Below, piece after piece: positions 46,093 to 55,720 of a DNA stretch of 64,000 nucleotides. The notes beneath the pieces were generated by a model. It worked only from the letters and a program-made list of their open reading frames with translations, did not search any database and was not told the origin of the DNA. The translations under genes and the position numbers were made by a program. Location: positions 3,445 to 67,444 of the forward strand of contig MVZM01000004.1 of NCBI GenBank assembly GCA_002068415.1. The letters are read 5' to 3'. Each line of letters begins with the position of its first letter. Position 1 is the stretch's first letter. This stretch comes from Tenericutes bacterium ADurb.BinA124. GTDB lineage: Bacteria; Bacillota_I; Bacilli_A; ML615J-28; CAG-698.

Positions 46093-48123
46093 TTAAGCAC
46101 TGGTTGATAAAGCATATTCTGCTTTTAATTGCTTTTGTTTTCTAATAATTAAGAACATTAAGAAGCCAACGATTCCGATTGTTACGGTCCAGCCAACAAT
46201 GGGCATCCAAATTGCACCAAAATCTTGATTGGTAAACAAAGTGCCAAAGAAAAACACTAAAAAGGCAAGCACATAACCAACGGCAAATTGTAAACCAATT
46301 CCCCCCCAGAACCATTTTTTATCTTTAATTTCCGAATTCATTGCTCCCATCGCAGCAAAACAAGGCGGAGTAAAGAGATTAAACATTAAGTATGCCAAGG
46401 CTGCTACTTTCGTAATAGCAAAGACGGCCGCTACTTCTGCTCCAGCACCTTCCATTAAGGCCAATTCTTCAACATCAATTAAATTTTCTAATCCCACGAA
46501 ACAAACGGCAAGCGTAGCAATGACATTTTCTTTCGCAATAAATCCGGTTACGGCCGCGGCTGCCAATTGCCAGGCAACCATACCGACAATCGGAGCTAAA
46601 ATAAAGGCAAAGGGCGTAGCCAAATCATGTAAGATTGATTCACCGGCCGCTACCACTTGGAAGCGCCAGTTAAATGTCTGCATGACATGAACGGCAAAGT
46701 TACATATTAAGATAATCGTACTGGCTTTCACAATATATGACCAACCACGTTCACACATGGAAACGAATGCCCGTTTGGCACTGGGGGCTTTATATTCAGG
46801 CATTTCAATAATAAAGAATGATTTTTTATTTTTATGTCCGGTAAGTAAGTTAATTAGTAAAGCGCCAAGGAAAATAATTATGATGCCAACAAAATACATT
46901 AATGGACCGACCCACCAGCTATCACTAAAAAACACCCCGGCAAATAAGGAAATAACCGGAAGTTTAGCGCCACATGGCATAAAGGGAGTTAACATCGCGG
47001 TTGCTCTTTTCTCTCTTTCATTCCGAATGGTCCGACAAGCCATAATTCCGGGAATGGCACAGCCGGTCCCGATAACAAAGGGGATAACGGATTTCCCCGA
47101 TAAACCGACTTTTTTAAAGATGGGATCTAAGACAACACTGACACGAGCCATATAGCCGCAATCTTCAAATAAGGCAATCAAGAAATACATAACCATTACC
47201 AAGGGCAGGAAACCGACAACTGCTATTACGCCCCCGATAATACCATCTACTAAAATTGAAGTCCAAATGCTTTCGGCATCTAAAAGTCCGGCCACCCATT
47301 CTTGGAACATTTCAAGTAATGTTACTAATCCCGGAATGGTAAAACCATTACTAAATTCATAACCTTCAGCTAACCAAATGCCGGGACCGACTTGGGAAAT
47401 CCAAAAGATTAAAAACATTACGCCAGCAAATATCGGAATTCCGAACCATTTATTGGTTAGGACTGCATCTATTTTATCCTGAAAATTCTTGTCTTTTGTT
47501 AGAACTTGTCTTTTTTCTACTTTCTTAACAATCTCATTAACAAACGCAAATCTTTTTCGGTCTTCTTCTTCAACAACTTTCTTATCGGTTAAATCAATAT
47601 CACCTTGATGATAATAAACTTTTTGGGTCGTTCCGATAACGCCAATCGCCGCTTGAACGACTTCTTTTAAGCCTTTTCCTTCCGTAGAAACCGTTTCAAT
47701 TACAGGACAAGCTAATTGTTTTGATAATTCCGCAACATTAATTACAGTCTTCTTCTTTTCATTAATATCGGCTTTGTTCAAGGCGACTACTATTGGAATA
47801 CCTAATTCTAATAACTGCGTTGTAAAAAACAAACTGCGACTTAAATTTGTCGCATCGACAATATTAATAATCACATCAGGGTTTTGATTTTTCACATAAG
47901 AACTGGTGATTGATTCTTCAGATGTAAACGGACTCATTGAGTAAGCACCCGGAAGGTCGACAGCAATTAATTCTTTTCCCGAAGAATAATTCTTTTTAAT
48001 GCTGTATTCTTTTTTTTCGACAGTAACGCCGCCCCAATTACCGACTTTTTCATTACGACCAGTGAGGGCATTATACATCGTCGTCTTGCCACTGTTGGGA
48101 TTTCCTGTTAACGCAATTTTCAT
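46093..48123 (-). CDS. feoB: Ferrous iron transporter FeoB
   Basis: N-terminal G-domain GNPNSGKTT...DLPG...NKAD, followed by a polytopic membrane domain. Confidence 0.95.
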   Translation of the reverse strand: MKIALTGNPNSGKTTMYNALTGRNEKVGNWGGVTVEKKEYSIKKNYSSGKELIAVDLPGAYSMSPFTSEESITSSYVKNQNPDVIINIVDATNLSRSLFFTTQLLELGIPIVVALNKADINEKKKTVINVAELSKQLACPVIETVSTEGKGLKEVVQAAIGVIGTTQKVYYHQGDIDLTDKKVVEEEDRKRFAFVNEIVKKVEKRQVLTKDKNFQDKIDAVLTNKWFGIPIFAGVMFLIFWISQVGPGIWLAEGYEFSNGFTIPGLVTLLEMFQEWVAGLLDAESIWTSILVDGIIGGVIAVVGFLPLVMVMYFLIALFEDCGYMARVSVVLDPIFKKVGLSGKSVIPFVIGTGCAIPGIMACRTIRNEREKRATAMLTPFMPCGAKLPVISLFAGVFFSDSWWVGPLMYFVGIIIIFLGALLINLLTGHKNKKSFFIIEMPEYKAPSAKRAFVSMCERGWSYIVKASTIILICNFAVHVMQTFNWRFQVVAAGESILHDLATPFAFILAPIVGMVAWQLAAAAVTGFIAKENVIATLAVCFVGLENLIDVEELALMEGAGAEVAAVFAITKVAALAYLMFNLFTPPCFAAMGAMNSEIKDKKWFWGGIGLQFAVGYVLAFLVFFFGTLFTNQDFGAIWMPIVGWTVTIGIVGFLMFLIIRKQKQLKAEYALSTSA

Positions 48124-48142
48124 TATTTTCCTCCTTTTATAT

Positions 48143-48160
48143 AGTTAGTTGGGACTAACT
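48143..48160. promoter_or_regulatory. Inverted repeat AGTTAGT-n4-ACTAACT in the feoA-feoB spacer (DtxR-box-like half-sites)
   Basis: Read directly. It shares the TTAGT/ACTAA half-sites with the palindrome at 48401..48422. Confidence 0.45.
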
Positions 48161-48176
48161 CAAATTGTAAAAAAAA

Positions 48177-48392
48177 TTAAATTATAATCGCTTCTGCTAA
48201 TTGGCGATCTATTGTATATCTCGCATCTTTAATGGCCACAACAAAAGCACCTCTAAGTTTAGAAACTATCGTAATCGGTTCCCCACTGTAACAACCTAGA
48301 GTCAATAAAAATTGATCTAATTCCACATCATTAGTATTAATGGTTTTAATTATATATTCTTGATTTAATTTTGCATTCGCTAAAGTCATCAT
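48177..48392 (-). CDS. feoA: FeoA-family protein
   Basis: 71 aa SH3-like FeoA pattern; upstream of feoB. Confidence 0.85.
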   Translation of the reverse strand: MMTLANAKLNQEYIIKTINTNDVELDQFLLTLGCYSGEPITIVSKLRGAFVVAIKDARYTIDRQLAEAIII

Positions 48393-48400
48393 AAAAACCT

Positions 48401-48422
48401 CTAGTTAGTTATAACTAACTAG
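48401..48422. promoter_or_regulatory. Perfect 22-bp palindrome CTAGTTAGTTATAACTAACTAG; candidate DtxR-family operator
   Basis: Lies between feoA and the divergent regulator gene. It resembles the TTAGGTTAGCCTAACCTAA iron-box architecture. Confidence 0.6.
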
Positions 48423-48525
48423 TATTCTATAACATTTTCTTTTTTTTGTCAATGCAAAAAAGGTTTTTTTGCAATATTAATTATTTTATGATAAAATAAA
48501 TTAAACAGGGAAAGGAAATAATGAT

Positions 48526-48891
48526 ATGACTTTATTTGAATCTGGCGAAAATTATTTAGAAACCATCTATAAATTGTCACTTAACAAAAACGGCGTTCAT
48601 GCCATTGATGTTGCTAAAGAATTAAACTATTCAAAACCCTCGATTTCTGTTGCTTTAAAGAAACTAAGCAGACAGGGGTACTTATTAATTGATAGTGATA
48701 GTCATATTATTTTAACTGAAAAAGGTATTAATGTTGCTAAAAAAATTTATGAACGTCATAAAATCTTAACTTCATTATTAATAAAACTTGGCGTTGATGA
48801 AAAAACAGCTGAAAATGATGCCTGCATAATTGAACACCATTTATCAAACAAATCATTTGAAGCATTCAAAAAACTAAATGATTCCCTTTAA
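48526..48891 (+). CDS. Minimal DtxR/MntR-family metal-dependent transcriptional regulator (121 aa)
   Basis: SGENYLETIYKL..., a winged HTH, and the ERHKILTSLLIKLGVDEKTAENDACIIEHHLS dimerisation/metal-binding segment. No SH3-like C-terminal domain. Confidence 0.8.
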   Translation: MTLFESGENYLETIYKLSLNKNGVHAIDVAKELNYSKPSISVALKKLSRQGYLLIDSDSHIILTEKGINVAKKIYERHKILTSLLIKLGVDEKTAENDACIIEHHLSNKSFEAFKKLNDSL

Positions 48892-48974
48892 GAAGACCCT
48901 TGCAATGGTCTTTTTTCTTTATAAAGCAAACAAAAACACCCTTTTTAAAAACTAGGGTGTTCTTTATTTCAATA

Positions 48975-49051
<77 letters not shown>

Positions 49052-49143
49052 ACGGACAGGAGTGTATATTATAAAAACTCATAAGAGGAAAGAATAATAT
49101 AAGTAAACTCAATATGAGTAAACTCAACATGAGTAAACTCATA

Positions 49144-49722
49144 TTATTCTTGTTGGGCTTTTAAATATTGATAAATCGTTATTTCATTAGTGGTATAGTG
49201 ATAGTTTTTCAAAATTCTTATTTCTCCAAACCCATCTTTCCAAGTTTTGGGTTCATAGCTCTTTCTTCGGTAATGGCATATAATATAAGCTCCATCATTC
49301 AGCATGGCATTGTTTATCAAAAGAACTATAACCTCATCTATGATTGCTAATCGGTAAGGAGGATCTAAAAAGATTAAATCATAGGATTGTTTTTTTTGAC
49401 TTAAAAAGAATAAAGCATGCTGATGATCCATTAAATGCAAGTTCACTAAGTTTTGAGCTTTTAGTTTATCAACATTGCTTTCAATAACCTTCATCGCTTC
49501 TTTAGAAATCTCCACAATGTCGGCATGAAGACAGCCGCGGCTGAGGGCTTCTAAACTTAAAGCTCCGCTGCCCCCAAACAAATCCAAGACTTTTTGACCG
49601 TCAAAATAGGGTCCTAGAATGTTAAAAACCGACTCTTTCATCCTATCCAACATCGGTCTGGTATTTAGGCCTTCAAGGGTGTTTAGTTTTCTTCCTTTAA
49701 ATTTACCGGCAATAATTCGCAT
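49144..49722 (-). CDS. rsmD: 16S rRNA (guanine966-N2)-methyltransferase RsmD
   Basis: MRIIAGKFKGRKL...LDLFGGSGALSLEALSRG...IFLDPPY. Confidence 0.9.
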   Translation of the reverse strand: MRIIAGKFKGRKLNTLEGLNTRPMLDRMKESVFNILGPYFDGQKVLDLFGGSGALSLEALSRGCLHADIVEISKEAMKVIESNVDKLKAQNLVNLHLMDHQHALFFLSQKKQSYDLIFLDPPYRLAIIDEVIVLLINNAMLNDGAYIICHYRRKSYEPKTWKDGFGEIRILKNYHYTTNEITIYQYLKAQQE

Positions 49723-49723
49723 T

Positions 49724-50077
49724 TTAAATTAAACTTTCCTCATCGTCATCATCGCTATCCATCACTCTTTCCACATAATAATAATCGTCCTTGCGATTAT
49801 ATTCGATATGATATTGACGATTGTTAGCGGAAAAATCGGGGAATTGTTCCCCTTTTTCTTCAGCCGTCCGATGATGCATGATGATGATATTACCATCATT
49901 ATTCTTGCCGCCTTGATTTAAAGGATGAAGATAGGAAACAAGCCACCCCACTTGATTGCTTTCTAAATAATCGCTTTGTTTGATTTTCCGGCCGGCAAAA
50001 TCATGAGTATATTCTTTATTACCGATTTCTTTTTGCCAGATTGTTAGAGCTTGAGCTTTGTCCATATTCTTCATCAA
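49724..50077 (-). CDS. Hypothetical protein with a degenerate HNH-like core and a poly-acidic tail
   Basis: DFAGRKI...VGWLVSYLHPLNQGGKNNDGNIIIMHHRTAEEKG resembles W-x-DHI-P-x-GG...N HNH signatures but lacks the DH pair. The C-terminus is DSDDDDEE. Confidence 0.45.
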   Translation of the reverse strand: MMKNMDKAQALTIWQKEIGNKEYTHDFAGRKIKQSDYLESNQVGWLVSYLHPLNQGGKNNDGNIIIMHHRTAEEKGEQFPDFSANNRQYHIEYNRKDDYYYVERVMDSDDDDEESLI

Positions 50078-50101
50078 GTATCACATCTTTCCTTTTTAAA
50101 T

Positions 50102-51031
50102 TTAGTATTTAAATAATTTTGATTTCGGCTTTTTGTTTGCTTTTTTCGGGACATAAATTTCTAAGTAATTATGGAGGTTTTCAATCATCACCGTCCCCGT
50201 GACGCCGGCTTCACCGTCCACACACCAAGTCGGATTGTTGGCTACTTCAATGGTAAACTTAGAAGATTTAAAATGGTAGGTAACATGGCTTCTTCGTAAT
50301 CGCAACAATCCTAAAATAAACAATTTCAAGATATTAAGAATACCGCTATGAACCCCTTTTTTCACAACCAAAACATCAAAGCGACCATCATTTAAGTGGC
50401 CGTTTTTATTAAACGGCATCCCGCCAACGGATGTTGAATTAAGAACTAAGACCAAGGGGGTATCAATTTCCACATCTTCGGTTTCCGTTTTAATGCGGAT
50501 TTGCGAAAGAGTCGGGTTGGAAATCTCTTTTAAACCGTCAAAAGCATAGGCCAAGCGCCCTAAAAGCCGTTTCGCATCATGGGTGGTGCGATAACTGACC
50601 CCTGTAAATGTGCCTAAAGCTGCAACATAAATGAAAAAACGGTCATTAATTTTACCGACATCGTGAAAAACGGTCTCTCCATCTAAAATAACTTGGAGGG
50701 CTTTTTTTAAATTGCGGGGGATTTTTAAGTTCCTCGCAATATCGTTAACCGTCCCCGAGGGAATATATCCTAAAACCGGACGAACGGACTGCGTCGCCAC
50801 CCCGCAAGCAACATCATTAAAAGTACCGTCGCCCCCGGAAAAAAGAATGGCATCGAATTCATGGCAAGCGGTTTTCGCGCGTTCAATCGTATCTTCCGCA
50901 CTGGCGGTTTGGTACATCACGACTTCGTCGAACTTCGTTTGTAATTGTTGTTTAATATAATCGAGCTTGGTACTTAACGCTCCCTTACCACTCATGGGAT
51001 TATATAAAAAGATACATTTCACAAGCATCAA
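50102..51031 (-). CDS. Diacylglycerol/lipid kinase (DagK/YegS family)
   Basis: NPMSGKG...FSGGDGTFND...PSGTVNDIAR motifs. Confidence 0.85.
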   Translation of the reverse strand: MMLVKCIFLYNPMSGKGALSTKLDYIKQQLQTKFDEVVMYQTASAEDTIERAKTACHEFDAILFSGGDGTFNDVACGVATQSVRPVLGYIPSGTVNDIARNLKIPRNLKKALQVILDGETVFHDVGKINDRFFIYVAALGTFTGVSYRTTHDAKRLLGRLAYAFDGLKEISNPTLSQIRIKTETEDVEIDTPLVLVLNSTSVGGMPFNKNGHLNDGRFDVLVVKKGVHSGILNILKLFILGLLRLRRSHVTYHFKSSKFTIEVANNPTWCVDGEAGVTGTVMIENLHNYLEIYVPKKANKKPKSKLFKY

Positions 51032-51232
51032 CTCCGTTTATCTATTATAAAGCAAAAAGCTTTATTTTTCAAGGCAAGAAACCGTTTTTTTATATAAGGG
51101 CATTTTAAAAGGCTAAAATCCCGCTAATTTACTTGTTTAATCCATTTTTACGCTTTCATCATGAAATTTAATCGCCCCTTAAAAAAGAACCAAGCCACAG
51201 CAACTAAGCAAAAGAAAAAGTCCGAAGAAGGA

Positions 51233-53080
51233 CTAATTAACTTCTTTGGACCTTTCAATCGCTTCATTAATAAATTGGTTTTTATAGAGATGGTAATATG
51301 CTCCGTGTAAGTTAAGCAATTCCTGATGACTGCCTTGTTCAATGATTTTTCCTTGGGAAATTACCAAAATCACATCCGCTTTCACAATCGTTGATAAGCG
51401 GTGCGCCACAATAAAACTGGTGCGCCCTTTTAACATTTTGTTAATGACTTCCTGAATGATTTGTTCCGTCTTGGTATCAATCGACGATGTGGCTTCATCG
51501 AGAACAAGAATCCGCGGATTGGCAATTAAAGCCCGAGCAAATGATACTAATTGACGTTGCCCGAGTGATAATTTCGAACCGTTTTCACCGACATTGGTTT
51601 GATAGCCATCAGGAAAATCCAAAGCAAATTGATCAACACCGACAGCGACCGCCGCCGCAATCACTTCTTCATCCGTGGCTGTCAGGCGCCCGTAGCGGAT
51701 ATTATCCATAATCGTCCCATTAAACAAATGCGGGGTTTGGAGCACATATCCTAAATTGGAATGCAGCCATCCTAAAGAACGCTCTTTGTAATTACGGCCG
51801 TCAATTAGGATTTCCCCCTTAATCGGTTCATAAAAACGACAAATTAAATTAACAATCGTACTTTTTCCGGAACCGGTTTCCCCGACTAAAGCCACTGATG
51901 TGCCCTTCGGTACATGGAGGGAAAAATCTTCCAAGACGGCTTCTTGTTCCTTATAATGGAAAAAGACATTTTTAAAAGTAACTTCACCCGCTAATTCTTC
52001 CCAGTTTTCTCTTTTCGGATTTTCCATTGTCCCGTATTTTTCGATTACTTCCGGTGTATCAAAAATCTCCGGTTTCATTTCGATTAAGGACAAGATCCGT
52101 TCCGCCGAAGCTTGGGCTTGTTGCAATTCCGCTAAAATTCTGGCAATCTGCACCACCGGGTCAAAGAACTGCGTTGTATAACTAATGAATAAATAAAGGG
52201 TGGCAACCGTAAACGGTAGGGCGGGGTTTAGTATCATTCCGCCACCGATTCTTAAAATGAGGACTACCGCAACATAACTCAAAACAATGATAATCGGAAA
52301 GAAAATGGCGGAATTAATGATGGCTCTAATCGACTGTTTGCGCATATTGACGCATAAATCATCAAATTCCTGGAGTTTAAAATCTTCTAGCACCAAGGTT
52401 TTGGTCGTTTTGTTGCCCATGATGCCTTCGTTGTAAGAAGCAGTAATCTTCGAATTCGTTTTTCGCACATTGCGGTAAGCGGCGAGGATTTTCTTCCGAA
52501 AATAGATACTGACAACCAGCAATACCGGCAGTAAAGCTAAAAGAATGAAAGCCAGTTTCCAGTTAACAATGAAGAGCACAATGAGAATGCCAATCATCGA
52601 CAGCCCGCCCCAAATCATATCAACGAGCCCCCAAGAAAGAATCATCGCCAGTCGGCGGGAGTCCGAGGTTAAGCGCGCCATAATCCATCCCGATGGGGTT
52701 TTATCATAATAAGAGAACGGTAACTGCTGTAAGCGGTAAAAAGCTTCATCGCGAAGTTCGTAACCGACTTCCACTTCCACTTCCCCCGCAGCTTTGATGT
52801 AAAAAAAGACGGTCATCGCAAAGCCCATGGCAATAAGAGCATAAGCGGCTAAAAAGAAATACTTGTTGGAAAAATCAGGATTAGCGGTTTTAAAATAATG
52901 ATCGATAGCATAGGCATTAAGAAGGGGATAAGCTAAATCAAGTAGACTCAGTCCAAGAACGGACAAGACCATAATGATTAAACTCTTCTTCTTTTTTAAG
53001 ACCACTTTAAAAATCTTTTTCCAAATGCGGAGGCTGAACTTTTCATCACTGTAGTCTTTTTCCTCAAAATTAGGATTCAT
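51233..53080 (-). CDS. ABC exporter half-transporter (TMD-NBD), second subunit of a heterodimer
   Basis: Walker A GETGSGKST, signature LSLGQRQ, Walker B ILVLDEATS. The ATG at 53080 overlaps the stop of the upstream gene. Confidence 0.9.
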   Translation of the reverse strand: MNPNFEEKDYSDEKFSLRIWKKIFKVVLKKKKSLIIMVLSVLGLSLLDLAYPLLNAYAIDHYFKTANPDFSNKYFFLAAYALIAMGFAMTVFFYIKAAGEVEVEVGYELRDEAFYRLQQLPFSYYDKTPSGWIMARLTSDSRRLAMILSWGLVDMIWGGLSMIGILIVLFIVNWKLAFILLALLPVLLVVSIYFRKKILAAYRNVRKTNSKITASYNEGIMGNKTTKTLVLEDFKLQEFDDLCVNMRKQSIRAIINSAIFFPIIIVLSYVAVVLILRIGGGMILNPALPFTVATLYLFISYTTQFFDPVVQIARILAELQQAQASAERILSLIEMKPEIFDTPEVIEKYGTMENPKRENWEELAGEVTFKNVFFHYKEQEAVLEDFSLHVPKGTSVALVGETGSGKSTIVNLICRFYEPIKGEILIDGRNYKERSLGWLHSNLGYVLQTPHLFNGTIMDNIRYGRLTATDEEVIAAAVAVGVDQFALDFPDGYQTNVGENGSKLSLGQRQLVSFARALIANPRILVLDEATSSIDTKTEQIIQEVINKMLKGRTSFIVAHRLSTIVKADVILVISQGKIIEQGSHQELLNLHGAYYHLYKNQFINEAIERSKEVN

Positions 53081-54902
53081 GTTCTTCCCCCCCTTCCACA
53101 ATCTTCACAAATTCGCTTTCCAATGCGCCTTGAATTGACCATAGTTTTTGATATAGGCCTTCTTGGTGAACGAGTTCTTCATGCTTGCCAATGGCGGTCA
53201 CAATACCATTTTCCAAAACAATAATCTTGTCCGCTTCTTTGGCGGTGGTAATTCGGTGGGTAATGATAAGAGAAGTTAATTTTTGGTTTCGTTCTTTCAG
53301 TGAGTTTCTAATCATTAAATCAGTGGTCGTATCAACGGCACTTAAGGAATCATCAAAAATCATCACCGGTTTATCCAAAACAAGCATCCGCGCAATGGCA
53401 ACACGTTGTTTTTGGCCGCCGGATAATGTGACGCCTTTTTCACCGACTAAAGTATCATAACCTTTTTCAAATTGCTTGATATCTTTATCAATCGCTGCTG
53501 TTTGGGCAGCACTGTAGATTTTTTCCGGGTTGATATCTTTGATGCCGATTTTGATATTTTCATAAATAGTCGTTGCATACAAAAACGGATCTTGTAAGAT
53601 AATGCCGATTTGTTGGCGAATCCATTGTTTTTTAATCGTTTTTAGTTCAACACCGTTAATCCGAATACTGCCCGATTCATAATCCAGCATTCGCACTAAT
53701 AAATTAGCAATCGTCGATTTTCCACTTCCCGTCCGACCAATAATGGCGACGGTTTCACCGGGATTGATGGTGAAATTAACCCCGTTCAATAAATGTTTAT
53801 CGGTATCGGGGAATTTAAAGCCAACATTCTCAAAAACAATATCACCAGTGACTTGTGGTGTTTCGCTACCGTCCACAGCAAATTCGGAAGGAATGCGCAA
53901 AATTTCATCAACGCGGTTGGCGGCAACAGTCGCTTTCCCAAAATCACCGATAATGCGTCCTAAACCACGAATCGGCCAAACGAGCATCCCGATATACATC
54001 AGGGCTGCAATAATATCACCTGGAGATACTTGACCTTTTTGGGCCAAATAAATGGCGACCGCCATTGTCACGGCATATTGCATCGTTGTAATAAAGTCGC
54101 TGGCACTCCAATAACGAGCCACCGCCATATTTAATTTCTGGGTTTCGTGCATATAGCCATGACTTTGTTTTCGGAATTTTTCAATTTCAAAAATTTCGTT
54201 GGCGAAAGCTTTCACCACCCGCACCCCATTAACATTTTCTTGGAGGACGGTCGTCATTTTAGCTTCCACTTCTTCGATTTCTTCAAATTTCTTTTTCACA
54301 TAGCGATAATAAATAATGGAAGCGGTTGCGCTAATTGGCACCACCCCGAGCGTAACCAACATCAAAGGCAGACTGATTCGTCCCATCTGCCAAGCTCCCG
54401 CCAAGAAATTACCGACAATAAATAAAATCTGCGGCAACTGCGAACTTAAGAAACTCTTGATGGTATCGATGTCCGAAGTACATCGCTGAATTAAATCCCC
54501 GGTATCGACATTGTTGTGATAAGAAAGTGGTAATTGCTGGATGTGGGAATACATTTGTTTACGCATATCGTAGGCAATATTTTCCGCTAAGCGACCTTTA
54601 TTGTATCCGTCAAAAAACATAATTGAACCGCGCCCAATTTGAAACAAGAGCAAACTCATTCCGACCACTAAGACCGCTGTTAACTGATTATTAAAGGACC
54701 CGAAAAAATCTAATAAAAAAGAAGGAAGCGTGATGCTTCCCTCAGTTGTACCTCCAAAAATAACATCAACAACATACTTAATGAATTGCGGCACATAGGA
54801 ATACAACAAAGGATTTAAAACAGTCGTTAAGATGATGAAAACAACCAGCCAAGCATAAGGTTTGGCCCACTTCACCAAATTAGTAAATCCTTTGGGTTTC
54901 AT
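53070..54902 (-). CDS. ABC exporter half-transporter (TMD-NBD), first subunit
   Basis: Walker A GRTGSGKST, signature LSGGQKQR, Walker B VMIFDDSLS (the Asp in place of the catalytic Glu suggests a degenerate site). Confidence 0.9.
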   Translation of the reverse strand: MKPKGFTNLVKWAKPYAWLVVFIILTTVLNPLLYSYVPQFIKYVVDVIFGGTTEGSITLPSFLLDFFGSFNNQLTAVLVVGMSLLLFQIGRGSIMFFDGYNKGRLAENIAYDMRKQMYSHIQQLPLSYHNNVDTGDLIQRCTSDIDTIKSFLSSQLPQILFIVGNFLAGAWQMGRISLPLMLVTLGVVPISATASIIYYRYVKKKFEEIEEVEAKMTTVLQENVNGVRVVKAFANEIFEIEKFRKQSHGYMHETQKLNMAVARYWSASDFITTMQYAVTMAVAIYLAQKGQVSPGDIIAALMYIGMLVWPIRGLGRIIGDFGKATVAANRVDEILRIPSEFAVDGSETPQVTGDIVFENVGFKFPDTDKHLLNGVNFTINPGETVAIIGRTGSGKSTIANLLVRMLDYESGSIRINGVELKTIKKQWIRQQIGIILQDPFLYATTIYENIKIGIKDINPEKIYSAAQTAAIDKDIKQFEKGYDTLVGEKGVTLSGGQKQRVAIARMLVLDKPVMIFDDSLSAVDTTTDLMIRNSLKERNQKLTSLIITHRITTAKEADKIIVLENGIVTAIGKHEELVHQEGLYQKLWSIQGALESEFVKIVEGGEEHES

Positions 54903-54919
54903 TATATTAAATTCTCCTA

Positions 54920-55429
54920 TTATTTATAACAATCATTAAAATATTCGCTTAATAAAATTGACCAATTTGATTGATAACTTCCGGAAAAATCTTTCAAACT
55001 ACTGATGTTAAAAGCTGTGCTCGTGGCACCGTCATTTTCCCAATAAATCAAAGTAGGAAAACTAATGGCCATGCTGGATTCAATTTTGATTTTTGTAATT
55101 TGATCTTCAGTAAGTTTATCAGATCGTAAATAATAAATCGTCGCAACATTTAGGCTTTTGGCCAACTTGTTGGTTTCATAAACAAATTGCTCCGCTGTTG
55201 GTAAAGCGGCAGAACCGATGTAAACTTGGAAGGTTTCACCAGCAGCAATTTTTTCCATCACACTATCAAAAGAAATCGTTGTGAACACATGATCGCGCCC
55301 ATTAAGGCTGTCATACTCCTTATCAATAGCCGCTTTATCTCCACCCCAGGGGATGGAAAGCAAAATAACGAGCAGGATTGCGAAAGCGGCAACGCTTAAA
55401 ACAATGTAAGTTAATTTTTTTTCATTCAT
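54920..55429 (-). CDS. Membrane-anchored hypothetical protein, possibly thioredoxin-like without a CxxC motif
   Basis: N-terminal TM helix. Overall resemblance to bacteriocin-transport accessory/thioredoxin-fold proteins is an impression only. Confidence 0.4.
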   Translation of the reverse strand: MNEKKLTYIVLSVAAFAILLVILLSIPWGGDKAAIDKEYDSLNGRDHVFTTISFDSVMEKIAAGETFQVYIGSAALPTAEQFVYETNKLAKSLNVATIYYLRSDKLTEDQITKIKIESSMAISFPTLIYWENDGATSTAFNISSLKDFSGSYQSNWSILLSEYFNDCYK

Positions 55430-55524
55430 TTGGATCCTCCGCTTTCATGATTGATAAGCCTCAATTATTATAACATAAGCCCTAATCGTTTGCAATGCTC
55501 GAAAAAAGGAAAAAGCATAAAAAA

Positions 55525-55601
55525 TGGCGCCCCCAATAGGACTTGAACCTATGACCCCATGATTAACAGTCATGTGCTCTAACCAACTGAGCTACGGAGG
55601 C
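55525..55601 (-). tRNA. tRNA-Asn (anticodon GTT)
   Basis: Manual cloverleaf: anticodon stem CATGA/TCATG, loop CT-GTT-AA, T-arm ATAGGTTCAAGTCCTAT, encoded CCA. Confidence 0.9.
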
Positions 55602-55720
55602 ACCGTGTCGACAGCATCGAACTTATGGATATTTTACCATAACTAAAATAAAATAGCAATTTATTTCTTGGATTTTAGATAAAAAAGGAGCCATATGTTA
55701 TGGCTCCTAGAGGACTTCCA

